In this document: in pieces, positions 53,898 through 54,710 of the stretch
How the letters are laid out: each line of letters starts with the position of its first letter
Numbering within the stretch: the first letter of the stretch is position 1
From: Acidimicrobiaceae bacterium
GTDB taxonomy: Bacteria; Actinomycetota; Acidimicrobiia; Acidimicrobiales; RAAP-2
Direction of reading: 5' to 3'
Length of the DNA: 54,710 bases
Assembly (NCBI GenBank): GCA_043758265.1
Contig: JAYVNV010000206.1
Coordinates: 1 to 54,710 of the forward strand
Program-made: the position numbers and the translations under genes
The notes under the pieces: model-generated
The model's database searches: none
What the model was told of the DNA's origin: nothing
Seen by the model: only the letters and a program-made list of their open reading frames with translations

Positions 53898-54710
53898 CGG
53901 TCTTTGGACGACCGAGAAGCTCTTTGGTGGCCCGTTCGATATCGGTCTGGTATTTCAGCAAGATGTGCAGCGTCGCCGCGGCGTCCTTCTCACCGATCTC
54001 GCTGCGACCGAGCACGACGAGCGTGCGGGCCCAGTCGAGGGTTTCGGCCACCGACGGCGCCTTCTTCAGGTCGAGCGCGCGAAGCGAGCGAACGACCTGG
54101 GCGATCTGCTCGGCCAGCGTGCTCGTGATCCCGGGCACTCGCGAGACAATAATGTCGCGTTCGCGCTCGACTGTCGGGTAGCCAATGTAAAGGTAGAGGC
54201 AACGGCGCTTCAGCGCCTCGGACAGTTCGCGTGTGTTGTTCGATGTGAGAAAGACCATCGGGATCTGCTTGGCCTTCACGGTGCCGAGCTCGGGTATCGA
54301 GACCTGATACTCGGACAGGATCTCGAGCAGCAACGCCTCGGTCTCGAGCTCGACGCGGTCGACCTCGTCGATCAAGAGCACGACTGGGTCAGTAGCCGAG
54401 ATGGCCTCGAGTAGGGGACGAGTGAGGAGGAAGTCCTCACCAAAAATGTCCTCTTCGAGGTGTTCCCAGTCCTCGGAACCGGCGCCGTCGGGCCGTCCGG
54501 CCTGAATGCGCAGCAACTGCTTGCGGTAGTTCCACTCGTAGAGCGCCTTAGAGTCGTCGAGGCCCTCGTAGCACTGCAGCCGGATAAGTCGCGCCCCGAT
54601 CGAGTCAGCGATGGCCTTGGCGAGCGCGGTCTTGCCAGTACCGGCCGGCCCCTCGATCAGGACCGGTTTGGCCAATCGGTCAGCGAGGAAGGCCACCGAC
54701 GCAATGGCGT
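53890..54710 (-). CDS. MoxR-family AAA+ ATPase (CoxD-like), 5' end off the window
   Basis: EGPAGTGKT, RLQCYEGLD, LYEWNY, LLIDEVD and SNNTRELSEALKRRC. Confidence 0.92.
   Translation of the reverse strand, partial: AIASVAFLADRLAKPVLIEGPAGTGKTALAKAIADSIGARLIRLQCYEGLDDSKALYEWNYRKQLLRIQAGRPDGAGSEDWEHLEEDIFGEDFLLTRPLLEAISATDPVVLLIDEVDRVELETEALLLEILSEYQVSIPELGTVKAKQIPMVFLTSNNTRELSEALKRRCLYLYIGYPTVERERDIIVSRVPGITSTLAEQIAQVVRSLRALDLKKAPSVAETLDWARTLVVLGRSEIGEKDAAATLHILLKYQTDIERATKELLGRPKTVA

Overview
Core-chromosome segment of a high-GC actinobacterium, most consistent with class Acidimicrobiia. The taxonomy is inferred from gene order, actinobacterial-type DapC/DapE, CGAAC-N4-GTTCG SOS boxes and many leaderless-type starts. 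Nearly all genes are on the - strand. Left to right: liv-type ABC transporter (partial), divergent lexA with two SOS boxes, dapE-dapD-dapC-hflX-dapF-miaA-miaB, RhtA-like exporter, thrB, D,D-carboxypeptidase, ftsK, siderophore-interacting protein, rnj, dapA, an unresolved ~0.7 kb gap, dapB, a YfhO-like membrane protein, pnp-rpsO-ribF-truB-rbfA-infB-ylxR-nusA-rimP, proS, ispG-rseP-dxr-cdsA-frr-pyrH-tsf-rpsB, xerC, an OmpR-family two-component system with a GerMN lipoprotein, rsfS, nadD, class II DAHP synthase, and a histidine phosphatase/VWA/MoxR cluster (partial). I saw no tRNA, rRNA, CRISPR array or mobile element, and no clear wholly new multi-gene system. The best leads are: a DapF whose first catalytic Cys is Ser within a chimeric, consolidated DAP pathway; a candidate LexA box at the ftsK/SIP divergent promoter; a pervasive leaderless promoter layout in which upstream stop codons double as -10 hexamers; a Glu-depleted, non-lipidated solute-binding protein; structured RNA leaders; and the unexplained dapB-dapA gap.
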